Positions 27,050 to 40,560 of a stretch of DNA of 64,000 nucleotides are shown one piece after another. This stretch comes from Mustelus asterias (lineage: Eukaryota), in the NCBI RefSeq assembly GCF_964213995.1, contig NC_135806.1, positions 105,524,001 through 105,588,000 of the forward strand. The letters are read 5' to 3'. The translations under genes and the position numbers were made by a program. Numbering within the stretch: the first letter of the stretch is position 1; each line of letters begins with the position of its first letter. Below the pieces are notes generated by a model. It searched no databases. It was not told where the DNA came from and saw only the letters and a list, made by a program, of their open reading frames with translations.

Positions 27050-27517
27050 CAGTGATGGGCAACCAAGGCTAGTGAGTGGCCACATGAGTGGCCCTCCTTC
27101 CCAGCAGAGCTTGAAATCAGGCTTGTTCACTAGCCATGACCCCATGGATAAAATTGAATACATTTAATACAAGCCAATTATTTCACAATAAGTTAAGGAA
27201 TATGCTTAATCACCTATACATTAATAAAATTATCAACTTCAAATAATAAAAACAAAATGAATAGTTGCACTATGGATGCAGAGCATGGCTCTCACAGTCA
27301 ATGTTATGTCAATCAGCAGGCACCTCACTTCATGTGCTCCAACTTTACATGCTTATCACTTCAGTCATACTAGTAGGAAAAAAATCTAAGCAGACGGAAA
27401 CCAGTGGAATATGGCAAACCCTGCATCTGGGCAATGGTCAACAAAATGTCTTTTGGGCCGTGTTCAAAACCCAGATGGGCTGCATATTGACCCCAGGCCG
27501 CAAGTTGCCCACCACGA
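27050..27517. mobile_element. hAT-type MITE
   Basis: TIRs cagtgatgggcaac / gttgcccaccacg; near-identical 8-bp TSD ccctagat (27042-27049) / ccccagat (27518-27525). Confidence 0.7.
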
Positions 27518-28979
27518 CCCCAGATTTTCCTCCATAATCTTCAACAGAACATTTATGGTTCATCTGGGAAGGCTAAATCATATGGCATAATTTTTACCAG
27601 TCTGGGAATATGTAAGCTTCCTTCACTCTTAATCAGAGATTTATGTGCAACTTTCTTTGAAACTCCTACAAAGCACAAGTCTTTAGACAGCGGAAACTAA
27701 CTAGGATCTTGGATATCTGCAATCTTGGCAGGCTGATAGGAATTAGATCTTGTCAACGAGTTGTCTTAAGTTGTCTTAATAAAGATACATATGGAGCTGG
27801 TGAGGACATTGGTGGATTAGCACCGCAAAATTTTGGCAAACAAGGACTAATGCTTTAGAAAATTTCAAACAAAGAATGATTTTAAAACTGAAGATGCACT
27901 CACTTCATGGAACTTGCCCTCAGTAGAGAAAAAGTTGAGAAAGGATACAATCCAAGTATTCAAATTACTGAGGAATGTGGATAATGTACTTATCAATCTA
28001 TTGGTTAACTTGGATTGTGTTAGAGGGATTCAGAAAACCCTGGGATTTAATAACTAATAAGATTACTAAACAAGGAAAATTAACTTAGAATAAGGACTAC
28101 AATGTGCCTTATACTTTTATTTTATATTTTATACAAAGACACACACATAACTACTGTTATAGAAAGTAAACATGTATTGTAGATTTAAACAAGTATTCTT
28201 GAATGTATTGTGCACCTTGGCCAAAATACAAACTGCCCTGGAGCATAATGGGAAGAGAGTTAAACCAGACATGCCACATTCTTTGGGAACAATAAGCCAG
28301 AGAATACAGTTATGTTATCAGGAGAAATTCATGGTGACTACAAATTCCCATACTTTAGAAAATGAATAGAAGTATTCACAAAGTATATAAAGTATTCAGT
28401 TCCTAGTGATAATAAGGCAGGGCCCGACAGTGGGAACGTCACCCTTTTCAAATCTGTGGCTTACAGTGAGAAAGCAACCTTTGAACCTTACGGATTTACA
28501 TAAGTAAGGTTGCTCAGTAACTGTGGTTAAGAACTTCCAGGTCCTATAGACCAATTCTGCTCGAAGGTAGGATGCAATTGGCCAAGGTAAATAATGTGTA
28601 CTAATGTGATTGGAGCATCCAGTTACGATGACAGGGTAGGCAGGAGAAATGAATTTTCAAAAATGTATAACCGTTTTGCCATTGCATTGTAAACTTCAGA
28701 AACGAGTTAGCGTGTCCGGCTGCCTTTCTCCCGGCACGTGTTGGTCAATAAAAAACATCTTTAACAAACATACTGTCTTTCGTGAATCTTTGTATATAGC
28801 TGGGTTCAGCTCGATACTTAGCATCTGAGAGAAAACCCCCGCTTCAGATTGTAAGCGTGGAACTAGCAGGCAAGTACAGGATGAGCAAGCCCAAAAATAG
28901 AGAGGAGAATAAAATCACCCCCATTCCGATTCATGAATACATGGGAATTACTTCCAACAAATTTATTCCTTGCAAAACA

Positions 28980-29710
28980 TTTGAATGATGTTTTGGGACC
29001 AGTTCTGGGGGAGGTGGGACCTGTACAAGCCAGGTGATTTCCATCTCAGCAGGACTGGGACAAATATCCTTGTGGGGAGGTTTGCAAATGCTGTTGGACA
29101 GGAGTATGGGAACTTGAGGGTGAATTCAGATGGGGACAAAATCAGAAATGCAAGTAGAACTCAGCAAATGAATGAGTCTGGAAGGGAGAGGAAACAAAGG
29201 TTAAAAAGGGCAGTGCTCAAGGGTATACATTTCAATGCAAGGAGTATAGCAAGTAAAGCAGACGAGTGATTGATTAATATATATAATATATATATAGCTA
29301 CAGCAGAAACATGGCTGAAAGAGGGAAAGGAATGGCAGTGCTCCTGGTTTAGGGTTTTCAGAGGACATAGAGGCAGGAATAAGAAAGGGAAGGGAGAGGT
29401 AGCAATTCTGTTAAAGGAATCATATACAGCTGTGAGGAGGGATGATATGAAAATGATCAAATGAGGCTATACGGATTGAGCTAAGGAACAAAAAAGTGGC
29501 AGCCACACGACTGGGACAGTGCAATAACCCCAAATAATCAGAAAGAGACAGAAGAGCAAATGTGGAGACAAATTGCTGAGAAGCACAAATACAATCGAGC
29601 AGTGATAGTAGGAGATTTTATCTGGAATAGTTTTAGTGTGAAAGGAATGGAGGAAAGATCATTCTTAAGGTGCATTCAGGAGAACCCTTTTGACCCAAAT
29701 GTAACAAGTC
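28980..29710 (+). mobile_element. Old CR1 fragment (ORF1 end + APE endonuclease start)
   Basis: FWGRWDLYK..HLSRTGTNIL; FNARSI; ATAETWL; IVGDF. Confidence 0.75.
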
Positions 29711-31500
29711 TAACTCTGTCCTTGTCTCTTCCTGGGACTTGTTTCTGATCCCAGTCTTCATCACTGCCTCGGTCCTCTCCCTGTCCCACTCCCTGGGACA
29801 CCTTCCTTCTAAATGGCGCTCTGGTTCAGATCACCTGACCTGAAGTTTTGCACAGTTTCACTTTTTTGTTTCCTTTTCTTCTACACATGTGCACAGGGCT
29901 AGTTCCTGGCCTAAAGGACGTTAAAAAATCAACTGCGCATATGTGACTTCTTCCTGTCGAGCGCATGCACAGGAGGCCCACTTCCTATCCTCTGAACTCC
30001 AGATCTCCAACTTCTGATTTAAAATGTGAGGGGATAAGACCTCAGCAGCTATGTTTTTCAATAAAATATATTGAGATATGCCCACTGCTATCTCTGAAAA
30101 TTTCAAACTGGACAAAGACCCAAAATGGCTGAATCAATGTATGTCTGTAACCCTGAACAAAAGTAGCTACCTGACAGTATCAGGTGAGAGGCGAAATTAA
30201 TGCTAATTAAATTAAACCCCCTCGTGTCCCGAGCAGAAAAGTAAGTATTCGCGCTTTGTCACAATGGTTGATAGTGAGGATGAAAGCTGTCGACTGCAGG
30301 AAGATATCAATGGACTGGTCAGGTGGGCAGAAATGTGGCAAATGAAATTCAACCAAGAGAAGTGTGAGCTGATACATTCAGGGAGGTCATACACAATTCC
30401 CAATTAAGGAGAAAAAAAGCTGTACACAGTAATCCAGCTGTGGTCTAACTAAGGCCACTTATAGCTGGACAAATGTCTCCTTACTAAGGATGTGTTGCAA
30501 AACTTCCTTTTTATACTTGATTCATGGTGCAGGGGATCACATACTGCATGGAAAGAAAATTGGCTAGCTAACAAGAAACAGAGGGTAGCCATAAATGGGT
30601 ATTTTTCTGCTTAGCAGGATGTAATGAGTGGTGTGCCACAGGAATCAGTGCTGAAGCCCCAATTCTTTGCAATTTGTAAATGGATGATAAACTTGGATGA
30701 AGAGACTGAAAGTACAGGTGCTAAATTTGCTGATGACACAAAGGCAGGTAGAAATGTAAGTTGCGAAAAAGACATAGAGCCTACAAAAGAATATAGACAG
30801 GTCAGGTGAGTGGGCAAAGACCAGGCAAATGGAATATAATGTGGGGAAATGGACAAAACGGTCCATTTTGGGAAAAATAAAAAAAAACATATTACCTAAA
30901 TGGTGAGAGATTACAGTGCGATGCAGATGGATCTGGGTGCCCTTGTGCATGAATCACAATAGGCTGGTATGCAGACATAGCAAGTAATTAGGAGTGCAAA
31001 TAGAATGTTATTGTTTACTGCGAGGGAAATTGAATATCAAATTAGGGAGGTTATGCTTCAGTTGTACGAGACACTGGTGAGACTACATCTGGAGTACCGT
31101 ATACAATATTGGTCCGTTCACTTGAGGAAGAATGTAAATGCATTAGAAGCAGTTCACAGAATGTTTAAACTAATACCTGGAAGGGTGGTATGTCTGCTGG
31201 AGTTTAGCAAAGTAAGAGGCAACTTGGTTGAAACATAATATCCTGAGGGGTCTTGAAAGGGTGGATGTGGAGAGGATGTTCATTCTATTGGGAGAATCTA
31301 GAACAAAGGGTCAAAGTATAAAAATTAGGGGTCTCTGATTTAAGACAAAGCTGAGAAGAAATTTATTCTCTCAGAGGGTAGAGTGTCTTTGGAACTGTCT
31401 TCCTCAACAGACAGTGGGAGCAGAGTCTTTGAAAACTTGGGGGTGAAAGGTTATTGGGGATAGGCAGGAGGTAACAGTCAATTCACCTATGATCTTATTG

Positions 31501-32432
31501 TGGTCCAGTCCAGTACTTCCCCGGAGTGGAGAAACGACATCTTCTTCGAAGCTTTCAATATGTCATCGATGAAGACAAACATCTTGCCAAGGCCATCTCC
31601 ACACTCCCACTACTTGCCTTCAAACAACCGCACAACGTCAAACAGATCATTGTTCAAAGCAAATATCCAGCCTTCAGGAGAACAGCAACCACACCACTAC
31701 ACAACCCTGCCACGGCAACCTCTGCAAAACGTGCCGGATCATCAACACGGATACCACCATCATACATGAGAACACCACCCATCAGGTACACAGTACATAC
31801 TCATGCGACTCGGCCAACGTTGTCTACCTCACACGCTGCAGGAAAGGATGTCCCGAGGCGCGGTACATTGGCGAGACCGTGCAGATACTACGACAATGGA
31901 TGAACGGACACCGCGTGACAATTGCCAGGCAGGAGTGTTCCCTTCCAGTCGGGCAACACTTCAGCAGTCAAGGGCATTCAGCCTCTGATTTTCAGGTAAG
32001 CATTCTCCAAGGTGGCCTTCAAGACACACGACAATGCATAATCGCCGAACAGAAACTGATAGCCAAGTTCCACATGCATGAGGACGGCCTCAACCGGGAT
32101 CTTGAGTTCATGTCACACTACATGTAACCCCCCACCATTTGGCCTAGGCTTGCAAAATCCTACTAACTGTCCTGGATTGAAACAATTCACACCTCTTTAA
32201 CTTGTTATTATTTCTCTCTCCACTCGCACTGTCTGTACCTGTAAAGACTTGATGACCTGTAAAGACTCGCATTATCATTAACATAACCATTACCTTGCAA
32301 TTGTGTCTCTGTCTACACATGCTGTATTTGTGAACCCACCTCTCCACTCACCTGATGAAGGAGCAGCACTCCGAAAGCTCGTGATTCCAAGTAAACTTAT
32401 TAGACTTTAACCTGGTGTTGTGAGACTTCTTA
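31501..32432 (+). mobile_element. Neptune-type Penelope-like element 3' fragment (Cys-rich linker + GIY-YIG endonuclease + pseudo-LTR), frameshifted
   Basis: PLLAFKQPHN..QPCHGNLCKTC..SCDSANVVYLTRCRKGCPEARYIGETVQILRQWMNGH..VGQHF..AEQKLI..GLNRD; TSD ctatgatcttattg (31487-31500) / ctatggtcttattg (32433-32446). Confidence 0.9.
32348..32384 (+). ncRNA. Minimal type-I hammerhead ribozyme motif
   Basis: tcac CTGATGA a ggagc agc actcc GAAA gc tc gtga; one stem II mismatch; CUC cleavage triplet. Confidence 0.8.
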
Positions 32433-32669
32433 CTATGGTCTTATTGAATGGCAGAGCGGGCTTAAGCGCCGAGTGGCCTACTCATGCTCCTAACTCATAT
32501 ATTCCTATGAAATACCCTTACAATAAATGCCAACCAACATTCCATTTGCCTTCCTAATCATTTGATGCGCCTACATACTAACTTTTTGTACCAGGACACT
32601 GACATCCCTCTGTACTGTAGAGCTTTACAGTCTCCATTCAAATGGTAAATTGTTTTTGTGTTCTTCCCA

Positions 32670-33170
32670 CCTTGAGGAGATGCAATTGCATTAGAAACCG
32701 TTCAGAGGAGGTTCACTAAACTGATTCTTGGGAGGAAGGCTTATGAGGAAAGATTGAGCAGGTTGGGCATATCCCCATTTGTGTGTTTAGAAGAATGAGA
32801 TCTTATTGAAACACAAGATCTTGAGGGGATTTGACATGGTGGATGCTGAGAGGATGTTTTCCCTTGTGAGGGGAGTCTAGAACAAGGGGACCCAACTTAA
32901 AAATTAAGGGTCTCCCATTTAAGACTGATAAGAGGAGGAATTTCTTCTTTCATTGGGTCAGTTAGTCGGCAGAATTCTCTTCTCCTGAGGGCAGTGGAGG
33001 CTGGGTCATTAGAATACATCCAAGATTGAGTAAAATTTAATTCAAAGGTTATGAAGGAAAGACAGGAAAATAGAGCTGAGGCCACAATTAGGTCAGTCAT
33101 TATCTTATCAAATGTTTGACGGGTCAATGTTGATGGGTCAAATGGCTTATTCCTGCTCATAATTCTTGCA
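32670..33170 (+). mobile_element. Old CR1 3' fragment
   Basis: gttcagaggaggttcact, atcttattgaaaca, aaaattaagggtctcccatttaagactga, similar to the other CR1 3' ends. Confidence 0.65.
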
Positions 33171-33840
33171 TTCTTTTCACTTTATTCTCCTAATATACTG
33201 AGAAAGCCTCCTGATAACCACAAACTTTATTCTTCTCTTTTTCTCTTGCAAACTCTGTGTTTTTGAAAATAAATTCCAACTTACATAATGCGAGTCTGAC
33301 ATTCTTTTTATGGCCAAATTTCCAAATTCAGAAATGAATTGCACTATTTCTTTTTAAAAGTCCTTTTTTAAGCTTTTTTGAAATTAACTGGTCGACTAAC
33401 ATTTGATGGCATTACATTCATTACTAAATTACTAATGGCATACATTTCAAAATATACAAACAGCTATGGCAAATAATTAAACATAAACATTACTACAGAC
33501 ATAAAAATATAATTCTCATCTCCATAGTTCAACACTATTTGCATTAACCAAGCATAGACAAACATCAACTCATCCAAGATAAGAAACTGAGCTACTTGCA
33601 CTGAATGAGTCACTTGCAGTGGGCAGCAGCATACCAATTTAAAGGAAGTGACCTTCTTAACCCTCAAATAACCACATTTTTTGGAAAAGAACACAAGCAC
33701 TACCACCCATCCAATTGCAACTTCTAGTAAAGTTTATGGTTCAAAAGAAATAAAAGCCATAACCTTCATCTCTCAGAAATCAGATACATTTGGCAGAGAT
33801 ATTAAGGTCTTGAAGTTTAACCACATATTAGTAAATATTA

Positions 33841-35342
33841 GGACCTGATTTTACCATTTTCATTCTAAGTGCTGAATCTGGGCGTAGTACGGATCCGACT
33901 TAGAAATCTGCTTTCAGGCGCCCCCATACTCTCTCAGCCATCTCCAGTCCCATTCGCGCTGTGGGCGGGGCTTAGCGTGGCCGGAATGATCGGAGCTCTG
34001 AACTGCGCATGTGCAGTTAGAAAATAATTGGAAAAAGCGCGCCCGTGTCAGATCGCTCCCGAGCCGCAGAAAAGTGGGAGCGAGGGTGTATCTCGGGGGG
34101 GGAGGGGGGGGGGAGGCGGGTAAGATGAATCTGGAGGGGGGGGGGCAGATGGATCTCTGGGGGAGGGCAGATGGATCTCTGATGGGGGGCCAGGGGGGTC
34201 CACTGCCACTCTGTGGGTGATCGGTGGGGGGGGCAGGGGGGGGCGATCGATCTGGATAGTGGGGGGGTGGATAAGGGGGGCAGTGATGTGTGTGGGTAGT
34301 GGGGGGGTGAATAAGGGGGGCAGTGATGTGTGTGCATAGTTGGGGGTAGATAAGGGGGGCAGTGATGTGTGTGGGTAGTGAGGGGTGGATAAGGGGGACA
34401 CACACACATCACTGCCCCCCTTATCCAGCCCCCCACTACCCAGACCGATCGCCACCCCTGCTCCCTTCCCCCCATCGATCGCCCGCAGAGTGGCAGCAGA
34501 CCCCCCTGCCCCCCCACCAGAGATCCATCTGCCCCCCCACCAGAGATCCAATTGCCCCCCCCCCCACCAGAGATCCATCTGCCACCCCCCCGAGATACAT
34601 CTTACCCACCTCCCTCCTCCCCCCCCCCGCCAAGACAACGATCTGGCCTCACTCCCCCTCCCCTCCAGAAGGACATCTGACCTGCCTCCTCCCCCCCCCA
34701 CCACCAGACAACCATCGACCCTCCCCCCACCACCAGGCAATGATCAGCCCTCCCCCCCCCACCACCAGACAACAATCGGCCCTCCCCCCCACCACCAGGC
34801 AACGATCAGCCCTCTCCCCCACCACCAGGCAACAATCGCCCCTCCCCCCCCCGCCAGAGATACATCTGACCTGCCTCCTCCTCCTCCTCCCCAACCAGAC
34901 AACGATCTGACCTCACTCCTCTCCTCCCCCCTCCAACCAGAGAATGATCTGACCCACCTCCACCCCCACCCCCACCACTGATCTGAGTCAGAGAGCCGTT
35001 GGAAGCACTGAACGCGCTCTTCAGAGGCTGGAGCACCCGACTCAGACTTTTATTCAGCAGGTCCCTAAAAGTGTGGTTCCGGATTGGTAAATGCGGTGGT
35101 AAATGGGGAAATGCTGATAGAGTTGGGCGGGCAGTTCATTAATTCAATTTAAATGCATGCAAATGCATTTAAATCGTCGTTGCGCCCAATTTGGGTGCAG
35201 AACGGATCCCTGCCATTCGCGGGTCTCGGTAAAGTGGCGATTTGCGCGGACGCGGGTGCAGATCACAGTAAAGGTCTCACACCCGACTTTACCACGATTT
35301 CGCGCCCGAAAACGGGCGCAAATTGTTGGTAAAATCGGGCCC
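33841..35342. mobile_element. Non-autonomous PIF/Harbinger-type DNA transposon (~1.5 kb) with GC-rich internal minisatellites
   Basis: TIRs ggacctgattttacca / tggtaaaatcgggccc (14/16 match); 3-bp TTA TSD at 33838-33840 and 35343-35345; CpG-rich, so relatively young. Confidence 0.85.
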
Positions 35343-36611
35343 TTAGTGTATTTATTGGAAATGCCCTTCCACTGTTTTAGTTGGGCTACAATCAGTTTAA
35401 AGTAAACAGATTACTATTTATGTGAGAACAGCAGAGAGAGGAACACAAAGTGCCTGTACCTATCTGTATTAAAAACGATAAGTGAAAAATCTTGGTAATT
35501 GCACACCAGAGCAGTGCAGAAATCATTGGGCTGACTGTATACCAGGAGAGGACTGAATTAGGAGCACTATCTCAGAGAGAGCACTGAATTAGGAGAGCAG
35601 GCCTTACACAAAGTTATCTTCAGTCTATAATTAAGTTCCTTTCTATAATGTGCACAAACCTCATTAAAATCCCAGATTTCATGCAAAAGTATTTAAATTA
35701 GCACAGTGCAGTTCATGACAGGGTTTGCCTTTTTCCAGGATTTCAGCAGGATTTGCTTCTTTCCCCCTTGAGTACCCATTTTGAACACAAGTAAAGGAAA
35801 CTTCATGGATGTATGAGTTGTTAAATATGATTTTGTAATGTTCCAATAGCTTTTGGTGGTTTTTGGTCGATATTTGAACATTTTTATTGAGTCATGTTTT
35901 TAAAAATTGGAATTTTTTCCTTACTCTTTTGAGTAAGTTTATTTTAAAAGCACCTCAAAAATAAGTCCTTCATGGTTGAGGTGACACAAGATGAAAGAAA
36001 ACATGCTGAGATCCATTGGGCTTTCAAATTCACAGAGGCCTGTTAATGACTTAAGACAACTACGTAAGATTGCTACAGGTGGGTGGCCAGCTTACAATAT
36101 AAATGGTACCCCAAGCAACTGACAAGGTCAACAGTGCTCCTAATGCTGTGCCTATTCTTTGTTCCTGGTCAGGTACATTGCTTCCCACATATAGATCAAA
36201 AAGGGAACTGATGTGTTTGATGTGGCTTTGAAAGACGAACAGCCCGTAGCAAGCCACTGTCAGGGACTTAGTGGGTTTTCTAAGAGATCATTAAACCTGA
36301 CAGAAACAAGTCAGTCCGCAAGAATCTGAGAGTGAAAGCAGAGAGATCGAGGCAGCAGATCTCTATCGTTCCTCACCATGCAGAATGAGAGTGGGAGCTT
36401 GTGCAAATTTGAGAGAATTTAAATAGTGTTGGGAGATTTGTCTTGCTTCAACTAGATGGAAGGATCTCCAGGGTAACCTACACCACAAAAGTCAGTTCAG
36501 GGATTGGAAGTTATCTGACTGGAAAAGGAAAAAGGAAGAAAGTCACCGGAAACTGAGAAGAGCTTTCAACTGGTTCCTGGAGAATGAAGTATCCACTTAA
36601 GGAATGGGCAT

Positions 36612-37020
36612 AGTCATAGAGCTTTACAACACAGAAAGAGGCCCTTTGGTATATCGTTTCTGCAGTGGCCAGCAAGCATCTATCTATTCTAATCCCATTT
36701 TCCAGCACTTGGTCTGTAGCCTCATCTAAATGCTTCTTAAATGTTATGAAGGGTTCCTGCCTCTACTACCCTTTCAGGCAGTGAGTTCCAGATTCTGGGT
36801 GAACAAATTTTTCCTCAAATCCCCTCTAAATCTCCTGTCCCTTATCTTAAATCAATGCTCCTGGTTATTGACCCCTCTTCTAAGGGGGAAAAGTTTCTTC
36901 CTATCGACCCTAGCTGTGGCCCTCAATTTTATACCTCGATCAGGCCCCCCGCATAACAAAACCCCGCCCCCTCAGTCTTCTCTGTTCTACTGAAAACAAC
37001 GCCAGCTTAACCAGCCTAAC
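36612..37020 (-). mobile_element. CR1 3' end fragment
   Basis: Reverse complement of CR1 3' UTR (aatcccattttccagcacttgg, ttcctcaaatcccctctaaa). Confidence 0.7.
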
Positions 37021-37815
37021 AGAGTAAAGCATAACTGAGGAGGTTGATTTTCAATCATTTTAAAAGTTAAATTGGAGATTTTTTCTGTCGTTTGCACTAT
37101 AATTAGCCTAATGTTGCAAAGTTGAGTAGAATGTTAGAATTTGGTGTTTGTAAAATTATATATTAAATTGCAAAATGCGAAGAGGTGAAAGTATTGCATG
37201 GTTCCTTTAAAAGGTGGTGTTTTTTCTGTGCTTAGAAAGTTTTTAAAATGCCGGTGCATATAGAGAACTCAGACTGAAACTTTGTATCGAAGGGCCAAGC
37301 AGCAGGGTTGCCTTGGCAACAGGCTTCAGGCATTTGAATGTTTTTGGATTCAACCTATCAGTTTAAATTAGGCACTTGGATACCAGCAACCTATTAGATT
37401 TTAATTTGATGGTTTTGGCAACCTGTGACCAATCCTATTGTGGAGGATGTGGATATGTCATCACAGGTATAAAAGAACAGGCAGTGGGGCAATAAGCAGA
37501 AAAAACAACTGCCATCTGCCTAGCTCAAAGCCCTCAGCTCAAAGCACCATCTCGATAGCGAAGGTACCAGAGAGGAAAGCAGTTCCAGACAAAAGAATTA
37601 ACAGAGAAAGCCCAGAATATTTCAGAAGATGAAAAACTTGGTTGAAATTTAGAGAATGACTAAAATTCTAGTTTTTTTTTAATAAGTGGGATTTGTATTT
37701 ATTTAAACGGCATCCATTAGAATTGTGTTTTATTTAGTTTCTTAATAGTTTAGTTAACTTGTTCACTTTTAGTCAGATAAATAAACTGTTACTCGTTGAT
37801 TTTAAAGAGAGAGTC

Positions 37816-40227
37816 TCAGGGAGTTTGGATGGAGAGGAGTTTGTTAGGTGTGTCTAGGAGAGTTTCCTGACACAGTATGTGGATAAGCCTACTAGAGAAG
37901 AGGCTGTACTTGATCTGGTGCTGGCTAATGAACCTGGACAGGTGGAGGATCTCTCGGTGGGTGAGCATCTTGGGGATAGCGATCATAATTCTATCTCCTT
38001 CACGATAGCATTGGAAAGAGATAGGATCAGGCAGGCTAGGAAAGTGTTTCTCTGGAGTAAAGGGAAATACAGTGTCATCAGGGAGGAAATTAGACGGGTA
38101 AATTGGAAGGAGGCATTCTTGGGGAAAAGTACCGAAGGAAAGTGGAGGATTTTCAAGGAATGTTTGTCTGGAGCTCTGCATGACAACATTCCGATGAGAC
38201 AGGGGGGTGTTGGTAGGGTATGGGAACCGTGGTGCACGAAGGTTGTGATGAACCTGGTGAATAAGAAAAGAGAGGCGTACAGAAGGTTCAGAGAGCTAGG
38301 AGGTGTTAAGGATTTAGAGGAGTATACGGGATGTAGGAAGGAGCTTAAGAAGGAAATTAGGAGAGCGAGAAGGGGTCATGAGAAGACCTTGGCGGGTAAG
38401 ATTAAGGAGAATCCCAAGGCTTTCTACAAATATGTCAAGAGTAAAAGGATGAGATGTGAAGGCATAGGACCCTTAAAAGGTGAAGGGGGAAAAGTTTGTG
38501 CGGAACCGTTAGAAATGGCGGAGGTGCTTAATGAATACTTTACCTCGGTATTCACGGTGGAAAGGGATCTGGGTGGTTGTACTGCTGGTTTGCGGTGGAC
38601 AGAAAGGATCGAGCATGTGGACATAAAGAAAGAGGATGTGTTGGAACTATTGAATGGCATCAAGGTTGGTAAGTCGCCGGGACCGGATGGGATGTACCCC
38701 AGGTTACTGTGGGAGGTGAGGGAGGAGATTGCGGAGCCTTTGGCGATGATCTTTGCATCGTCGATGGAGACGGGAGAGGTTCCGGAGGATTGGAGGATTG
38801 CAGATGTGGTCCCTATATTCAAGAAAGGGAACAGGGACAGCCCGGGAAATTACCGACCGGTGAGTCTAACCTCAGTGGTTGGTAAGTTGATGGAGAGGAT
38901 CCTGAGAGACAGGATTTATGATCATCTAGAGAAGTTTAGTATGATCAAAAGTAGTCAGCACGGCTTTGTCAAGGGCAGGTCGTGCCTTACGAGCCTGGTT
39001 GAGTTCTTTGAAAATGTGACCAAACACATTGACGAAGGAAGAGCGGTGGATGTGGTCTATATGGACTTCAGCAAGGCGTTCGATAAGGTCCCCCATGCAA
39101 GACTTCTTGAGAAAGTGAGAGGGCATGGGATCCAAGGGGCTGTTGCCTTGTGGATCCAGAACTGGCTTGCCTGCAGAAGGCAGAGAGTGGCTGTGGAGGG
39201 GTCTTTCTCTGCGTGGAGGTCAGTGACCAGTGGAGTGCCCCAGGGATCTGTTCTGGGACCCTTGCTGTTTGTCATTTTCATAAATGACCTGGATGAGGAA
39301 GTGGAGGGATGGGTTGGTAAGTTTGCTGACGACACCAAGGTAGGTGGTGTTGTGGATAGTTTGGAGGGATGTCAGAAGTTGCAGCGAGACATAGATAGAA
39401 TGCAAGACTGGGCGGAGAAGTGGCAGATGGACTTCAACCCGGATAAGTGTGTGGTGATCCATTTTGGCAGATCCAATGGGATGAAGCAGCAGTGTAATAT
39501 GAAGGGTACCATTCTTAGCAGTGTAGAGGATCAGAAGGACCTTGGGGTCTGGGTCCATAGGACTCTTAAATCGGCCTCGCAGGTGGAGGATGCGGTCAAG
39601 AAGGCGTACGGCGTACTGGCCTTCATTAATCGAGGGATTGAGTTTAGGAGTCGGGAGATAATGCTGCAGCTTTATAGGACCCTGGTTAGACCCCACTTGG
39701 AGTACTGCGCGCAGTTCTGGTCACCTCATTACAGGAAAGATGTTGAAGCCATTGAAAGGGTGCAGAGGAGATTTACAAGGATGTTGCCTGGATTGGGGGG
39801 CATGCCTTATGAGGATAGGTTGAGGGAGCTTGGTCTCTTCTCCCTGGAGAGACGAAGGATGAGAGGTGACCTGATAGAGGTTTACAAGATGTTGAGAGGT
39901 CTGGATAGGGTAGACTCTCAGAGGCTATTTCCAAGGGCTGAAATGGTTGCTACGAGAGGACACAGGTTTAAGGTGCTGGGGGGTAGGTACAGAGGAGATG
40001 TCAGGGGTAAGTTTTTCACTCAGAGGGTGGTGGGTGAGTGGAATCGGCTGACGTCGGTGGTGGTGGAGGCAAACTCGTTGGGGTCTTTTAAGAGACTTCT
40101 GGATGAGTACATGGGATTTAATGGGATTGAGGGCTATAGATAGGCCTAGAGGTAGGGATATGATCAGCGCAACTTGTGGGCCGAAGGGCCTGTTTGTGCT
40201 GTGGCTTTCTATGTTCTATGTTCTATG
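37816..40227 (+). mobile_element. Young 5'-truncated CR1 LINE with uninterrupted 754-aa frame (APE end + complete RT)
   Basis: ORF 37879-40143: [49 protein letters not shown]; tail (ttctatg)3; possible TSD gagtc (37811-37815 / 40227-40231). Confidence 0.95.
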
Positions 40228-40231
40228 AGTC

Positions 40232-40560
40232 ATTTTTTAATACTTTTCCAATTCAATCAAATCAAGTCCAATTCAGAGTCTCAACAAGTTGAGACATTTC
40301 CGATCCAAGCTGACAAGGCAGGGTATGCGACCCTTTACCCTGTCTTGGGCCTGATCTACATGAGCCAAGCTGATTGGAGTAGGCAGACGTCTCCGCCCCC
40401 AAGGCTTGATCTCATTTGCATCTTAGCCAAAAGGCCGAGATGCCGCTTTTAAAAATTGCTTCATATGAAAATGAAGCTTAAATGCAACCTAATGACTTCA
40501 ACCAAGTGCAGCATCCGATCCATACGGAGTTATTTTGATTTAACCACTAAAGCTTGCTGA
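40232..40560 (-). other. Unclassified structured insert carrying a U2 snRNA 5' segment
   Basis: 40440-40420(-) = tctcggccttttggctaagat, identical to U2 nt 7-27 as recalled; followed by gcaaatg agatcaag; ends in attaaaaaa. Confidence 0.6.

Larger units (their letters stand above)
30490..32510 (+). mobile_element. Old CR1 3' part interrupted by a PLE at 31501-32432
   Basis: SGVPQESVL, KFADDTK, LVRLHLEY; 3' UTR resumes after the PLE TSD. Confidence 0.8.

Noticed and set aside
33914-35036. Stack of Pro/Gly-rich ORFs on both strands
   Set aside because: Low-complexity G/C minisatellite inside a TIR element; no domain signal
37879-40143. 754-aa RT ORF as an active or domesticated gene
   Set aside because: Ordinary CR1 ORF2, 5'-truncated within the endonuclease, with an in-frame stop just upstream (~37856); simply a young copy
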